A stretch of 64,000 bases of DNA from Malacoraja senta (lineage: Eukaryota): assembly GCA_038087875.1 (NCBI GenBank), contig CM075988.1, forward strand, positions 6,760,001 through 6,824,000, given 5' to 3'. The number at the start of each line of letters is the position of its first letter. Positions within the stretch are counted from its first letter, which is position 1. Shown here piece by piece: positions 40,807 through 53,987 of this stretch. Made by a program: the position numbers and the translations under genes. The notes beneath the pieces are model-generated. The model had not been told where the DNA came from. It did no database searches and saw only the letters and a list, made by a program, of their open reading frames with translations.

Positions 40807-43800
40807 TTAGAAACTTTATCCCAGGGTGGAAATGTCCAATACTAGAGACCATAGCTATAAGATAAAAAGAGGAAAGTTTAATGGAGATGTGCAGGACAAG
40901 TTTTTCCTTACACAGGGTGTAGTTGGGGACTGGAACCCATTGCCAGGTGTGGAGGTAGATACATTAGTGGCATTTAAGAGCCTTTTAGATAGGCACATGG
41001 AAGAGCAGGGAATAGAGGGATATCGATCGTGTACAGGTAGATGAAATCAGTTTAATTTGGCATCATGTTCAGCACAAACATTGTTCCTATGCTGTACTTG
41101 TCTGTGTCTGTTTCAATGTCTAGTGTCTAATGTTCCAATGCCAAAGAAGAGGTCACTAAGTCATTAATTTGGGGGGCATTCCCATTTAAAGAAATCATTG
41201 GTGTAAGAAATCTTTTCACCTCCCCGTTTACAAGCAGTTTAGAGCCTAACGTGTGTTCACAGAAGCAGCTGAGCTGAATGCTGCCTGATCATTTGCATAG
41301 TGCGGTTAGGAAGTGGGGCAGCAGTGTTACAGTGCTTTCTCAATATCAGACACACATGTGAAGGGGGGATTGGGAAAGGTGAAGTTTGAAAGGAGTGGTG
41401 TGTGATGAGGCTCCCAGTCCTATCTAACAGCCTGGATCAAAGCCTGTATTGTGACCATGTTATGATCAAGCCCCTTGATATGACCAGATCCCTGGTGTGA
41501 CAGAAACCCTCTCTGACAAAGGCCTCCTTGCTGCTTTAGGGCTTCGTGACTGAGCTGGGTAATGGCCTTCGTGAACGTCAAGCAAAAGGGCAGCACTTGT
41601 ACATCAATGTAGGGGACTCAGTGCTTACAAAAAGCGGTGATCCACTAAACCACTTAATGTGAGACTTGTTCCTCGTTTAGCTGTCATTACACAACTGAAG
41701 TTGTGCATCACAACCTTTTGATCCAGTTCCTGCAGTTGAGTTAAAGCTGTGTGCTGCCCTCCTAGACGATGTCATCAAGTGCGAAATACAAATGACAAAA
41801 TTTACAGGAGATTAAAGCGAAACAGGAAATTCCCTCCAACTTCCCCTAAAATAGGCGCAAAAACCTCTAAATTTGCACAAAAGCATTTTAAAGTTATGAT
41901 TTATGTACACACACACAGGAGCAAACGGTATATTTACAATCCACGGTTCAGGAGATCTTTAGAACTAGGTTTAAGGTGATTGGGGAAAGATTTAATAGGA
42001 ACCTGAGGGGTAACATTCTTTTACACAAAGGGTGGTAGGTATATGGAACAAGCTGCCAGAGGAGATAGTTGAGGCAGGTACTATCACAATGTTTAAAAAA
42101 CATTTGGATAGATACATGAATAGGATAGGTTTGGAGTGATATGGGCCAAACACAGACAGGTGGGACTAGTGTGGATGGGGCAAGTTGATTGGCATGGGCA
42201 AGTTGGGCCGAAGGGCCTGTTTTCACCCTATATGACCCTCTGACTAAATGTGAAGAATTAGTGGCACTACTCAATGAAGAGCAGGCGGACACTACCATTA
42301 AAGTAAGTAGTAGAGAAGTAGAAACAGTTTACAGTAAATGCTGGTTTACAAAGAAAGTCACAAAGCATTGGAATAACTCAACGGGTCAAGCAGCCTCTAT
42401 GGAGAACGTTACTGGTTGGGATCCCTCTTCAGCCACAAGTAATCTTGTTCTCTTGGGTAAAAAGCAAACTGCTGCAGTTACTCAGTGGGTCAGGCAACAT
42501 CCGTGCAGGGAAATGGACAATGTTTCGGATTGGGATCCTTCCTCAGTCTAAAGAAGGGTCCTAACCTAAAACTTCTTCTGTCCATTTCCCACCACAGATG
42601 CTGCCTGACCCATTGAGTTTCTCTAGCAGTTTGCTATCCCCTATATTTCCAGATGCAGAGTGGGGTGGTACAGCTACACGTCGGTAGAGTTGCAGTAGAT
42701 TTTGATCAGTGAAGGCAGAATCATTAAATTAGACTATACTCTCGAGACTTTTGCAGAATGAGTCGCAATCTCACCGGAATATATGAAATTCGATATTCTT
42801 ATGGGTTTTGATATGGGTCGATACAGGGATGAAGCTTCCCCTGACTGATGTGCCCAGAAATAGGAGTCACGGTCACAAAATAAAGGGTTGGCCATTCAAG
42901 ACTGTGCAGGGAGTACATTTCGTCACCCGGAGAATAGAATCTTTGGAATTCTCTATTCAAGAGAGCTATGAATAGAATTACCATATTCAAGGCAGAGAGA
43001 GAAGGATTTTTGAATATTAAGGGAATTAAGGGATGTGGAATTAGTGCATGAAAGTGGTTCTGAGGTAAAAGAACACCCATGATCTGACTGAATGATAGAA
43101 CAGGCACAGAGGGGCTGAATGGCCTGATCTTGCTTCTATTTCTTGTGTTATTAAGCTCCACCGCCAGGCTTTGGACAAGTTAATCAGTATTTTGTGTGTG
43201 TATTGCCGGCAAGGCCATCATTTAGTGCCTCTTTATTGAAGCCGCGTTATTGAACCATCACAGATGTCTACATCCTATTTCCAGCTTATTTCAGACTCCC
43301 TGTTTCCATCCGAGACGCACTAAACTGAGGTCAGAGCTACCCTCGGAACAACCTCGAGTAAATCATCGGGATTATGGCCAATAATACTTGAAACTTTATT
43401 CTTGCTATATTTCTGTCTCAATGAAATATTGTTCTGACATTCCAGGCTTTAGTTCAGGTCGCACAAGGGAGTAGTTGTCAATACATTGTGGGGAAAATCA
43501 ATTTTTAATTACCATCCAGCACATTCAAGCGAGGCTCCTTCACCTCTCCTCACCTTATAAGGTCACTGCGGTCAACAGATGTCATGGCACTAAGAGGGAA
43601 TGGAGATTCAAAGGGTCCAGCCAGCATAGCGGCATCTTTAACGTGTGTTTAACCACACGTTTGTTAGAAACATAGAAAATAGGTGCAGGAGTAGGCCATT
43701 CGGCCTTTCAATATGATCATGGCTGATCATCCAACTCAGTATCCTGTACCTGCCTTCTCTCCATACCCCCTGATCCCTTTAGCCACAAGGGCCACATCTA

Positions 43801-44456
43801 ACTCCCTCTTAAATATAGCCAATGAACTGGCCTCAACTACCTTCTGTGGCAGAGAGTTCCAGAGATTCACCACTCTCTTGTTGGTGATGTCTTGTGCTGT
43901 GCAACAAACTGGTCTGGTTTTCATCAACACAAACACAGGGGTGATGGGGAGAAGGCAGGAGAATGGGGTTAGGAGGGAGAAATTGATCACCTATGGTTGA
44001 ATGGTGGAGTAGACTTGATGGGCCGAATGGCCTAATTCTAGTCCCATCACTTGTGACCGTATGACCTTATGACAACTGGTCCTTCAGCCATCAAGCTGTC
44101 TGCATCCTCAAAGGAGTAGCACAACACCTGAATTGTTCCCCAAGATGACAAAGATCAAGTAATCCCATGTTCTACTCATTCACATTGTAGCACTCATGCT
44201 CAAGGCATTATTGACGCGGGGGATGATTGGGTTCTCAAAAGGGCAAGCAGTCGGAGAGAGCAGGAGAAATATGAGATGCAGGAGAAGGTTTCTTGGCCCG
44301 ATGTTCCCACTCTGCCGTTCTCAAGAACCCAGCTGATCTTCTACCTCAATGTCACCATCCGGTACTATCCCATTATCCACCATCCCATTCATATCTAAGA
44401 ATCTATTATCATTAAGAAAATGGGAATGTAGAACACACATAGGTCAATCCACATGT

Positions 44457-44627
44457 ATATGTGAGTGAGAAATGCATCTATATATGTGTGTGTGTGAGTG
44501 TGTGTGTGTATATGTGTGTGAGTGTATATATATATATACGTGTGTGTGTGTGTGTATGTGTCTATGTGTGTGTGTATGTATATATATATATATATATATG
44601 CCTATATGCATATGCATGTGTGTGTAT
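44457..44627. repeat. (TG/TA)n microsatellite beside a FEZ exon donor
   Basis: Direct reading. Confidence 0.92.
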
Positions 44628-44649
44628 ATTATTTGTTTAAAATAATTAC

Positions 44650-44715
44650 CTTTTAAAATGTAGTCAGTCAGTAAAACTGGAACCTTCTCACTGTCCTCCT
44701 TCATAGCCAGAAGAA
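44650..44715 (-). CDS. FEZ1/FEZ2: FEZ coding exon, 66 nt, phase 1 to 1
   Basis: (I)LLAMKEDSEKVPVLLTDYILK; tttctctgtag|TT ... AAAG|gtaatt. Confidence 0.93.
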
Positions 44716-45000
44716 CTACAGAGAAATAAAGTTGGTTAGTGACTTCAAAAACGGAACCTTCCAAAGTACATTCATCATATTCTCTCTCCAGCCTTGTGTT
44801 CTATTTTTAAATTTTCTCATCTCCACCACTTCTGGGTACAAGTCCAGTGCCACTATTAACGTTGCTCTGAAGGAGTTCTGCTCTGTCAGAGGTGCCATCT
44901 TCCAGATTAATTTTGTTTTCTCTCTGTGCCAAGAGGCCATTTGGGAAAGGAGCCTTAAACGTCAGTGGTGCTCGTTTTTGTGTGTGAATTTTAAAACTGA

Positions 45001-45089
45001 GTGCCCTAATCTGTGGTGATATCTCATGTGCAAGACCTTTCAATTTGTACCCTAATCTGTAGTGATATCTCATGTGCAAGACCTTTCAA
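45001..45089. repeat. 46-bp-period tandem duplication in a FEZ intron
   Basis: ccctaatctgt(g/a)gtgatatctcatgtgcaagacctttcaa occurs twice. Confidence 0.9.
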
Positions 45090-45378
45090 CACTGCCCCAG
45101 AACCTCAAGATGTCAATTTCATCAGGTCATAAGTGATAAGAGCAGAATTAGGCCATTCGGCCCATCAAGTCTACTCCGCCATTCAATCATGGCTGATCCA
45201 TCTCTTCCTCCTAACCCCATTCTTCTGCCTTCTCCCCATAACCTCTGACACCTGTACTAATCAAGAATCTATCTATCACTGCCTTAAAAATCTGCATGAA
45301 ATAATCTCATTATTTCATCTCACGAAATAAATCTATCATCAAAGATTGAAACTAGCAACTTATTTCCATGTTACTCAC

Positions 45379-45454
45379 TTGTGGTTAGTATTTGAAGATC
45401 TTCAACAGTTGGAGGAATGCTCTTTTTTTCATAAGGAATCACCGTAGTTAGATA
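45379..45454 (-). CDS. FEZ1/FEZ2: FEZ coding exon, 76 nt, phase 0 to 1 (not in ORF track)
   Basis: YLTTVIPYEKKSIPPTVEDLQILTT; atctag|TAT ... ACAA|gtgagt. Confidence 0.93.
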
Positions 45455-46962
45455 CTAGATACAGGACACAAACACAATTAGTTAAGCGAAATAAATGTCA
45501 TTGCTTTTTCTCTACTCCCAAGCTAGCCTCAGATGTTCTTTATCATAAACTCCTTATTACTGGACCAGTGATACACAACAGCAAAGGGAAGTGCAGATGC
45601 AATGAGAGGGACCCTCATTCTCCCAGTTAGTTGAAAAGACTCAGACCAGTAACAGCTATTGTATCTACAAAATAATGTTCAAACATACACACACTTGAGA
45701 GACTGAAAAATATATAGTGTATACAATGAGGGGGGATAGAGTCTTTAACCCAGAGTAAAACAATCAAGAACCAGAGGGCAGAGGTTTAAGGTGAGTGGAG
45801 AAAGATTTAATGGGAACCTGAGGGGCAATTCTTTCACACAGAGGTTGGTGGGTATATGCAACGAGCTGCCAGAGGAGATAGTTGGGGGGTATACTATAAC
45901 AACTTTTAAAAGACATCTGGATAGGCACATGGATAGGAAAGGTTTAGATGGATACGGGCCAGATGCAGGCAGGTTGGACTAACGTAGATGGGGCATCTTG
46001 GTCGGCATGGATGAGTTGGGCCGAAGGGCTTGTGTCTGTGCTGTGTGACTCTATGACTAAATTAAAACGCTCACTTACCATAATGGTGAAGTTTGTATTT
46101 AGATATAAATGTGCCATATGTTTTGCATAAATGCAAATGTTCTTGCAGTGCCTCAACTGAATTGTGGAGAGTGAAAGAACAATGATTAAGAATCATCACT
46201 TCTTCCAGGTACTGCTGTGGGAAGAGTGGCTTCAAACTTGCTAAACCTCAGTTTGAATATTTCCCGATATTTCCTGAAATAACCTGCACAAGATAAATCC
46301 GCTGAGGTTGCAAACCAGTTAGAACAAGTAACCCGGCCTAGAACGAGGGCTTTGAAGAGTATTGATTACTTCAGCAAATCTAATTATTTTCCCTTATCAT
46401 CCAATGTTGCCTTAATATAGGGTTGCCGACACATGTTACACAAACTCCCGGATATTTCATCATATGGCTGCCCACCTCCAGCTATCGTGCCCACTCAAAC
46501 ACCCATTTTCTCATCCTTAATATTTTAATAAATAATTAGCAAAAGATCTCAAGGAAAGTTAGAATGATAATGCACACAGAGCAGGGTTGGTATATGGAAT
46601 GAGCAGCCAGACGGGGTTGTTGAGGCAGGTAGGATCACAACTTTTAGAAGACATTTGGACAGGTACATGGATACTTAGAGGGATATGGGCCAAACGAAGG
46701 TAGGTGGGACTAGTATGGATAGCGCATCTTGGTCAGCATGGGTAAGTTGGGCCGAAGGGCCTGCTTCCAAGCGGTATGGCTCTATGATAATACACTATTA
46801 TTTTAATAGTCTATGCTATTTCTTCTGGTTTGTTGAGGACATTAATCTCTAATTCCTGAAGACTCCAGAACTGTCCGGCGGGATTCACAACTACGAACTC
46901 AGCTCATTCAGCTCATGAAGTTCAAACAATAGAACTGGGGAAAGGCAGAAAAAGGCAGCTAC

Positions 46963-47043
46963 CTGTTTTTCATTGCCCGAGTTTCCAAAGGTCTGTCGAA
47001 TGCCACTCTGGATGACACTTGAGATCCCTTCCATGCTGAACCG
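46963..47043 (-). CDS. FEZ1/FEZ2: FEZ coding exon, 81 nt, phase 0 to 0
   Basis: RFSMEGISSVIQSGIRQTFGNSGNEKQ matches the FEZ RFSMEGIS exon; cctcag|CGG ... CAG|gtagc. Confidence 0.93.
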
Positions 47044-48389
47044 CTGAGGGCCATGTTTGATAGAGGAAGAGAGGATATCAGTGGAAGGTACAGGTACAGC
47101 AAACAAAAATAACAACAGTAGATTCATCGTGCCTTTATCACAGAAAAAAAAAAACACCTCCATGATTTTGATACTGAGCCACACGAGAGGATTTTAACGT
47201 AGATTCCCAAAAGATTGATCAAAGGGGCAGGTTTAAAAGCATTAAAGAAAAAGGTATAGCAGAGAGGTTTAGGGAAGGGCGTCTAGGATTCTGACAGGAG
47301 GCAGCGTAAAGGCAAACTATGAATGGTGGATCAATAAATATAAATGACATTGGAACAGAAGCCATGACTAATTTCCCAAATCATATCTAATTGAAATTCA
47401 ATGCTATTAATTTGCATGACCGATATTTAATATGCCTAAGTAAACATACCCTGATGAGTTATCTCGTCACGATGTGGAGATTGTTACACAATGTCACAAC
47501 CACCACAATAATGTGAAATAGTATGATTTTTTACATGATTTCTAACTAAACCAGTTACTCAAATAGAATTTTCATAATGGAGAAAAATTATCCTGCTCAG
47601 ATGGACTGACTATGTTTTTAGTACAATTTAGGTAATCGTTTTAATTTTAGAGATCCCCGCTGACCTGCGATCCCCGCACATTTACACTATCCAACACACT
47701 AGAGATAATTCACAATTTTCTATCAAAGCCAATTAACCTACAAACGTGTACGTCTTTGGAGTGTGGGAGGACACCGGACCATCTGGAGAAAACCCACGTG
47801 ATCACACGGAGAACATACAAACTCCATGCGGACAGCACCCATAGTCAGGATCGAACCCGGGTCTCTGGAGCTATAAAGCAGCAACTCTACCGCTGTGCCA
47901 ACATGCTGCACTTATGCAATGTGGAATCTTCCATATTATTTCATACATCCACTCACTAGAGACTATGTGAACACAAGGTCTGAAACAGTGAGGAAGTGCT
48001 GTCTTTCAAAAATATTAGTGCTGTCTAAATATCATTTCTTGTGGTCATGAAAGGTCCTGTGGCAATGATCTTGAGTATCATTATTCTATAAACAACACAC
48101 AAAAATAATCCAGTCATTTATTTCATTATTATTTGTCACAGCATGCTTTATGGAAATTAAAAGGGACTGGTGACTATAATTATAAATATTGACTACATCT
48201 CAAAAACACATAATAATCTATGAAATGCTTAGAACATCCTAAGATTATCAAATATATCTTTACTTTAAATATTATTCTGTTATTTTTACCTAAAGCACCA
48301 TAATTTAACAGTAGTGGCCTGTTAATTGTAGTGGTATAGTTCCTTGCAAACCCTGTGTATATGTTGAGTTTATCAGATGCTTCTATGTT

Positions 48390-48620
48390 TTGTTTGTTTT
48401 TGTTTTAATCAACAATAATTTATTCAATTATTTACAATAATATGGACAGTATGAAATAAATCAAAACAAAACCCACCACCATAATACAAGACAAGCAAAT
48501 ATTCTTCAATACAAAATAAATTATTATACAACTATATCACCATCCTTATTAAGGATCATTCCACCCCCCATGGTGCCCAGCGGTCCTGGAAATCCCCGAG
48601 GGCGTAGTCCCTTTGCAAAA
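48390..48620 (-). mobile_element. Tx1/L1-like LINE extreme 3' end
   Basis: ...GDFQDRWAPWG-type terminus, AATAAA and A-rich tail. Confidence 0.45.
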
Positions 48621-48939
48621 CCACATGGCTGGACACCGTGAGACCAGCGGGCCGTGGCCTGTCGAAGGAAGCTGCTGCTGAACTCGACCCTGCTCATCCC
48701 CGAAGACCAGAGGAGCCACCGGCGACAACGGACATAGGGCCGTGCGGCGGAAGCTCTCTGAGGGCCTTGCGGGCGGTTGCCAAACCACGACAGGCAGCGG
48801 CCGTGGAGCCGGGGTATCCCACCTGCAGTGGGTCCGAGGCTCGTCTCCCGCCCGCCCCCGAGAACCAGGAACCGGAAGGAGGAGAGGGTCGGCAACACCG
48901 GTGGATGCTGGACAAAGGGCCGGGAGGAGAACCGGATGT

Positions 48940-49571
48940 CACTTGCACCTCCTCCAACCTCATCTACCATATCGGTTGTTCAAGATGTGGACTCATACAT
49001 CGGCGAGACCAAACGTAGACTGGGTGAATGTTTCCCTGAACACCTTCGCTCAGTCCGCCTGGACCTACCTGATCTCCCGGTTGCCAAACATTTTAATTCC
49101 CCTTCCCATTCCCACGCTGACCATTCTGTCCTGGGCCTCCTCCATTGTCAGACTGGGGCCAAATACAAATTGGAGGAACAGCACCTCATATTTTGCTTGT
49201 ACAGCTTACAACCCGGCGACATGAATATTGATTTCTCTAACTTCAAGTAACCCTTCAAGCCCTCTCTCTCCGTCCCTCCCCCACCCAAGTCAATGTACTA
49301 GCTTCAAAGTCGTCTTGTTGAGTCTCATTGTCTGTAACTAATTTTCACCTCGACCATGGCTAACAATGGCCTGTCTCTTTTATCGTCGTTAGTTTTTTGC
49401 ATTTCTTTCATTCATTTGTTCTATATCTCTGAATATCACCGTCTAAATCTTTTGTTTCCCTTTCCCCCGACACTCAGCCTGAAGAAGGGCCTCGACCTGA
49501 AACGTCACCTATTCCTTTCCTCCAGAGATGCTGTCCGACCCGCCGAGTTACTCCAGCATTTTGTGTCTATC
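48940..49571 (+). mobile_element. Penelope-like retroelement 3' end: GIY-YIG C-terminus, 3' UTR and hammerhead-containing repeat
   Basis: TCTSSNLIYHIGCSRC / YIGETKRRLGECFPEHL...KHFNSPSHS...LEEQHLIFCLYSLQPGDMNIDFSNFK*; CTGAAGA...GAAACGTC at 49479-49506. Confidence 0.88.
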
Positions 49572-50232
49572 CCTGGGGGTCCGACCTTCCGTGCCGTCAA
49601 GGTCGGCTGTGGGAGGCGCCCCCCCAGGGCACGAAGACTGAAGGCCCGGAGAGGAGAAGGACGGCTCGCTGGCAAAATGAATGAGGTGATGGCTGCAATG
49701 GGGCCTTTATGGCCAACTGCAGCATGGACTGTGTAATAACGGTGTCAAATCTGGAGACTGTTGCATATGGACTCAGTGGGCTGTTTCCATGCATGTGGTA
49801 CTATTGGGGATTGTCTTTATGTACGGCAATAATCGCTCTGATCTATGTGCAAAAAAAGTATTTCATTGTACCTTTGGAACATGAGATAATAAAAGAACCA
49901 TTGAACCACTGAACCATCATTAAACCAATATTGCTCAGCAATGTACAACACCCACTGTTGAACTGAATTGCTCTGCAAAGGAGATTCTTCTGTCTATTAC
50001 AAATAAATAAAGACTCGTTGTTTTATTGAAATTTAAGTCTTGGGGCCAGGCATTTCGTTACGATAATTGCTGATAATCTGATGATTGCAGTTATCTATTT
50101 CCAAGATCTGGATTCACTGATATAGGAGAGGCAGGTTTAAAATAACAATGTGCTTGTTTCCCTGTGGCAGAAGACTGCAGTAAATTCAGCATCGTTTATT
50201 AGGCTGCAGTAAGACAGGAATATATAAAAGGC

Positions 50233-51197
50233 ATTGGAAGGAACTGCAGATGCTGGTTTAACACCAGGTGGCGCTGTCAGCGATGGCAGCCTTGCCTGCA
50301 GTCTGTTTGTCCTGTCGTCTTTTTTGTTATTTTTAGTGTGTTTTAAAAAGTATGTGTTAATGTTCTTTGGTTTGTTTCATGTGGGGGGTGGGATGGGGGC
50401 GGTCGGGGGAAACTTTTTTTCAATCTCTTACCTTGCTGGAGATGTGATTGTTTTCCGGATCATATCTCCGGTCGCTCTGTGGCCTAACATCTTGGAGCTG
50501 GAGGCCTTGCTCGGGACTGACTTTGAGCCCCACCGCGGGGCCGTGGACTTACCATCGGAGCCTGCGATCCCTTGCCTGGGATCGACGCTCCAACTGCGGC
50601 CTGTGGATTTCAACATCGAGGAGCTCGCAGTCTCGGGTAGAGACTGATGTCGGGAAGCTCCAAGCCGCAGAAGGTTAGAACCGGGAGCCCCGAATCGGGA
50701 TTCCGATCGCCCGACGCGTGGAGCTGAGATACCCCACCCATGCGGGAGCTTGATCGCCCCGATGCGAAGGGCTCGACCGCCGGTTGCGGGAGCCAAGATC
50801 ACCCCGACATCGGAAGGTTCGAGTGCCCCAACCGCGGGAGAACAAAGAAGGGAAGATTGAACTTTTTGTTGCCTTCCATCACAGTGAGGAATGTAGGGGA
50901 GTCGCTGTGTTCATGTAAACAAATTATTTGGGTGTCTTGTTGCTCTTTATGGTACGACTGTATGGCAATCTGAATTTCACTGTACCTTAGTTGGTACGTG
51001 TGAGAATAAACTCACCTTGAAACCTTGAAAAGGCTGGAATAGCTCAGCGGGACAGGTAGCATCTCTGGAGAAAAGAAATAGGTGACGTTTCAGGTCAAGA
51101 ACAGAAATTCAGTCTTGACCCATAACTTCATCTATTCCTTTTCTCCAGAAATGCTGTCGGACCTGCTGAGTTACTCCAGCTTTTTGTGTCTATTTTT
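50233..51197. mobile_element. Fold-back PLE mini-element interrupted by a ~770-bp GC-rich element (50262-51030)
   Basis: 15-bp TSD GAATATATAAAAGGC at 50218-50232 and 51198-51212. Confidence 0.7.
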
Positions 51198-51863
51198 GAA
51201 TATATAAAAGGCTTGGTTTGGCCTCTGAGATTGACCACAATAAAATGATTCTGTGCTGAACTCATCCAGCAGATTTTTAATATCACCTTGGACCACTTTT
51301 AAGAATTGTGACCAACATCTTTGTGTTGTGGATACATTGCTTTTGTGTTGAATTTGCCAGAAAGTCTACTTTGGTAGAGAAAATTCACTGTAAGAAATGC
51401 TGGTTACATAATATAGGATCCTTTATAAATAGTTGCCAAGAAGTTTTGCTGCTAATTCATGTCACTCCTCACTGTAACATCAGTGTTGCTGATATACAAA
51501 TCTCATAAACATCCCAAAATAATGTTTTGCTTCATAGGTGTTATAAGAGATATGGTACAATGCCGATGTATTTTGAAAATGTTTCCTTCCTTAAGAAATA
51601 CAAGATAGAACTTTAGACTTTACTTTAGAGATACAGCATGGAACCAGGCCCTTGGGCCCATCGAGTCTGTGCCGACCAATGATCACTAGCACTATTCTCC
51701 ACACTAGGGACAATTTACAATTTTCATGTCTTAGGAATGTCTTAGGAATGTGGGAGGAAACCGGAGCACCCGGGGAAAATCCACACAGTCACAGATAGAA
51801 CATACAAATGCCGTACAGACAACACCCATAGTCAGGATTGAACCTGGGTCTTTGGCACTGTAA

Positions 51864-52657
51864 TGGGCCTGTCCCACTTAGGCGATTTTTGGGGTGTCTT
51901 CCGGCGACTGACAAGTTGCCGGCAGTCGCCTGAAAACCCGATAACTGGAATGGCGACAGTCAGAGTGTAACACACACACGCACACAAACACATCGCAAAG
52001 GCGGGGGACAGGGCAAGCGGGGTGAAATTCACACGGTACAAAGCCAAGGTGATATAGACACACACTGCGATGAACAGGAAGGTTGGCGCTGTAATTAAGA
52101 CGGCTAAAGCACAGTGTACGGTAATTCCTTTAAAAGAGGGGGGGCGGGGGGGAGGGGGGGGGAGGGGGGGGGAGGGGAGGAGTGGAGACAACTTTTAAGA
52201 AGCCAGACAACATTTAAGGAGTCAGAGATACACTGCTGTGAAGCTTGGCGGACATCAATTTTACCGGTCAGTTAGTTCTGGTTCTGAAAACTACTGGTTA
52301 CGTTTTTTTCCCAATGAGCCAATGAAATTCACTGGTCAGCACCGGCCACAACCTACAAGAACCTACGAGAACCTTCGACCTCCTGGCAACCTGCTAGGAC
52401 CTCCTGGCGACCCACCTACGGCACGAGAATTCTCGCTACTCTCCATGGCAGCTTCATTCTAGTCGCCGCTAATTTTTCAACATGTTAAAAAATTTGCGGT
52501 GACCATAATGAGGCCGCGACTAATTCCCAGAATGTGGGAACTCCTCACGACCATGAAGGCGACTCCCCGGCAACTACCCGCGAACATGTGGCAACCATGT
52601 GGCTACTGCATTGTCTCCTGCTGTCGCCTAAAAAGTCACCCAAGTGGGTCAGGCCCA
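51864..52657. mobile_element. PIF/Harbinger-type MITE, core D, nested in a SINE
   Basis: TIR TGGGCCTGTCCCAC; splits the SINE as ggcactg|TAA[MITE]TAA|ggcagc, which fixes the TSD at 3 bp. Confidence 0.88.
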
Positions 52658-52814
52658 TAAGGCAGCAACTCCACTGCTGCACCACTGTGCCACCATAAAA
52701 GACGGCCAACTCATTCATATTTTCTCTTCCGATATGGAAATCCTGGGATAGTAGCAAATAAGGGCTCCACACCATCAAGGCCAACCCTAGAGCTGGGTTT
52801 GGATGGCCCTTGAG

Positions 52815-53005
52815 GTATGCAGGGTGGGAAGAAGTGTAGTTGAGACAGTGGTGGGTGTCAGTGGGTTTATAATAAACGTCAGTTGATAGTCTATCTCCAG
52901 TGATGGAGACAGTGAGATCAAGAAAGGGGAGGGAGGTGTCGTAGATGGCCAAAGTGAATTTGAGTGCAGGATGGAAATTGGTGGTGAAGTTTATGAAGTC
53001 CATGA
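52815..53005 (-). mobile_element. Penelope-like reverse-transcriptase C-terminal fragment
   Basis: FINFTTNFHPALKFT...LPFLDLTVSITGDRLSTDVYYKPTDTHHCLNYTSSHP shows the typical PLE FLD and Y.KPT...YL...S.HP pattern. Confidence 0.85.
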
Positions 53006-53123
53006 GTTATGTAACGGAGATAGAGATCAGGGATAGGGCCAGTGTACACCTGGAAGGGTTTGGGATTGATTTATTATTATCCAGGTGTTTCTTTTTGGAA
53101 AAGATTAACTGTTAGCAACCTTA

Positions 53124-53380
53124 GGGACCGGTCCCACTTTCACGACCTAATTCACGGCCTCTGCCGAGTTTGCCCTTAACTCATACTCGCAGCATGGTCG
53201 TCACGAGGTCGTAGAAGGTCGTAGGTAGGTCGTAGGAGGTCGTAGGTAGGTCGTAGCAGGTCGTGATGTTAGTCGTAGGTACTCGTGGCATCAAGTAGGT
53301 CGGGCATTTTTTCAACATGATGAAAAATGTCCATGAGTAAAAAAGGTCGTGAATTAGGTCGTGAAAGTGGGACAGGCCCT
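53124..53380. mobile_element. PIF/Harbinger-type MITE, core C, opposite orientation to the 31918 copy
   Basis: Degenerate left TIR, intact right TIR; flanks TTA/TCA. Confidence 0.8.
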
Positions 53381-53875
53381 TCAGTTATTTTACTTTAGGT
53401 CTGAAGATGGTTCTCGACCCGAAACGTCACCCATTCCTTATCCAGAGATGCTGCCTGTCCCGCTGAGTTACTCCAGCATTTTGTGTCTATCTTTCTTATA
53501 TATTTTGTAGGAAGGAACTGCAGATTTGAAGGGTTCTGACCCGAAACGTCACCTATTCTTTTTCTGAAGAGATGCTGCCTGACCCGCTGTGTTACTGCAG
53601 CATTTGGTGTCTATCTTTATATACTGTAATAGTCAATGTGTAGCCATCTACATAGCTGATTGTATGTATGTGTGTTAAAGTGAGATGGTTCCTACGAGTG
53701 TCTGCATAGATGTGTGTGCGTGTATGTGTGTGGGGTGGGAGATTGCATCCTTCACGTTTCGAAACCCTGTTTCGACGAATGCAATCAATCTGACGTGCAC
53801 AATCAAGTAAGATCAAATAGAACAAGTTGTCCTACAACTATAGGCTGTGCACGCCATACGCAAGAAGAAGAAGAA

Positions 53876-53987
53876 GTGTATGTGTGTGTATGTTTATGCG
53901 TGTGTGTGTGTGTGTATGTTTATACATGTGTGTGCGTGCAGGTGTATGTTTGTGCGTGCGTGTGTGTGTGCGTGTGTGTGTGTGTGT
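53876..53987. repeat. (TG)n microsatellite
   Basis: Direct reading. Confidence 0.92.
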
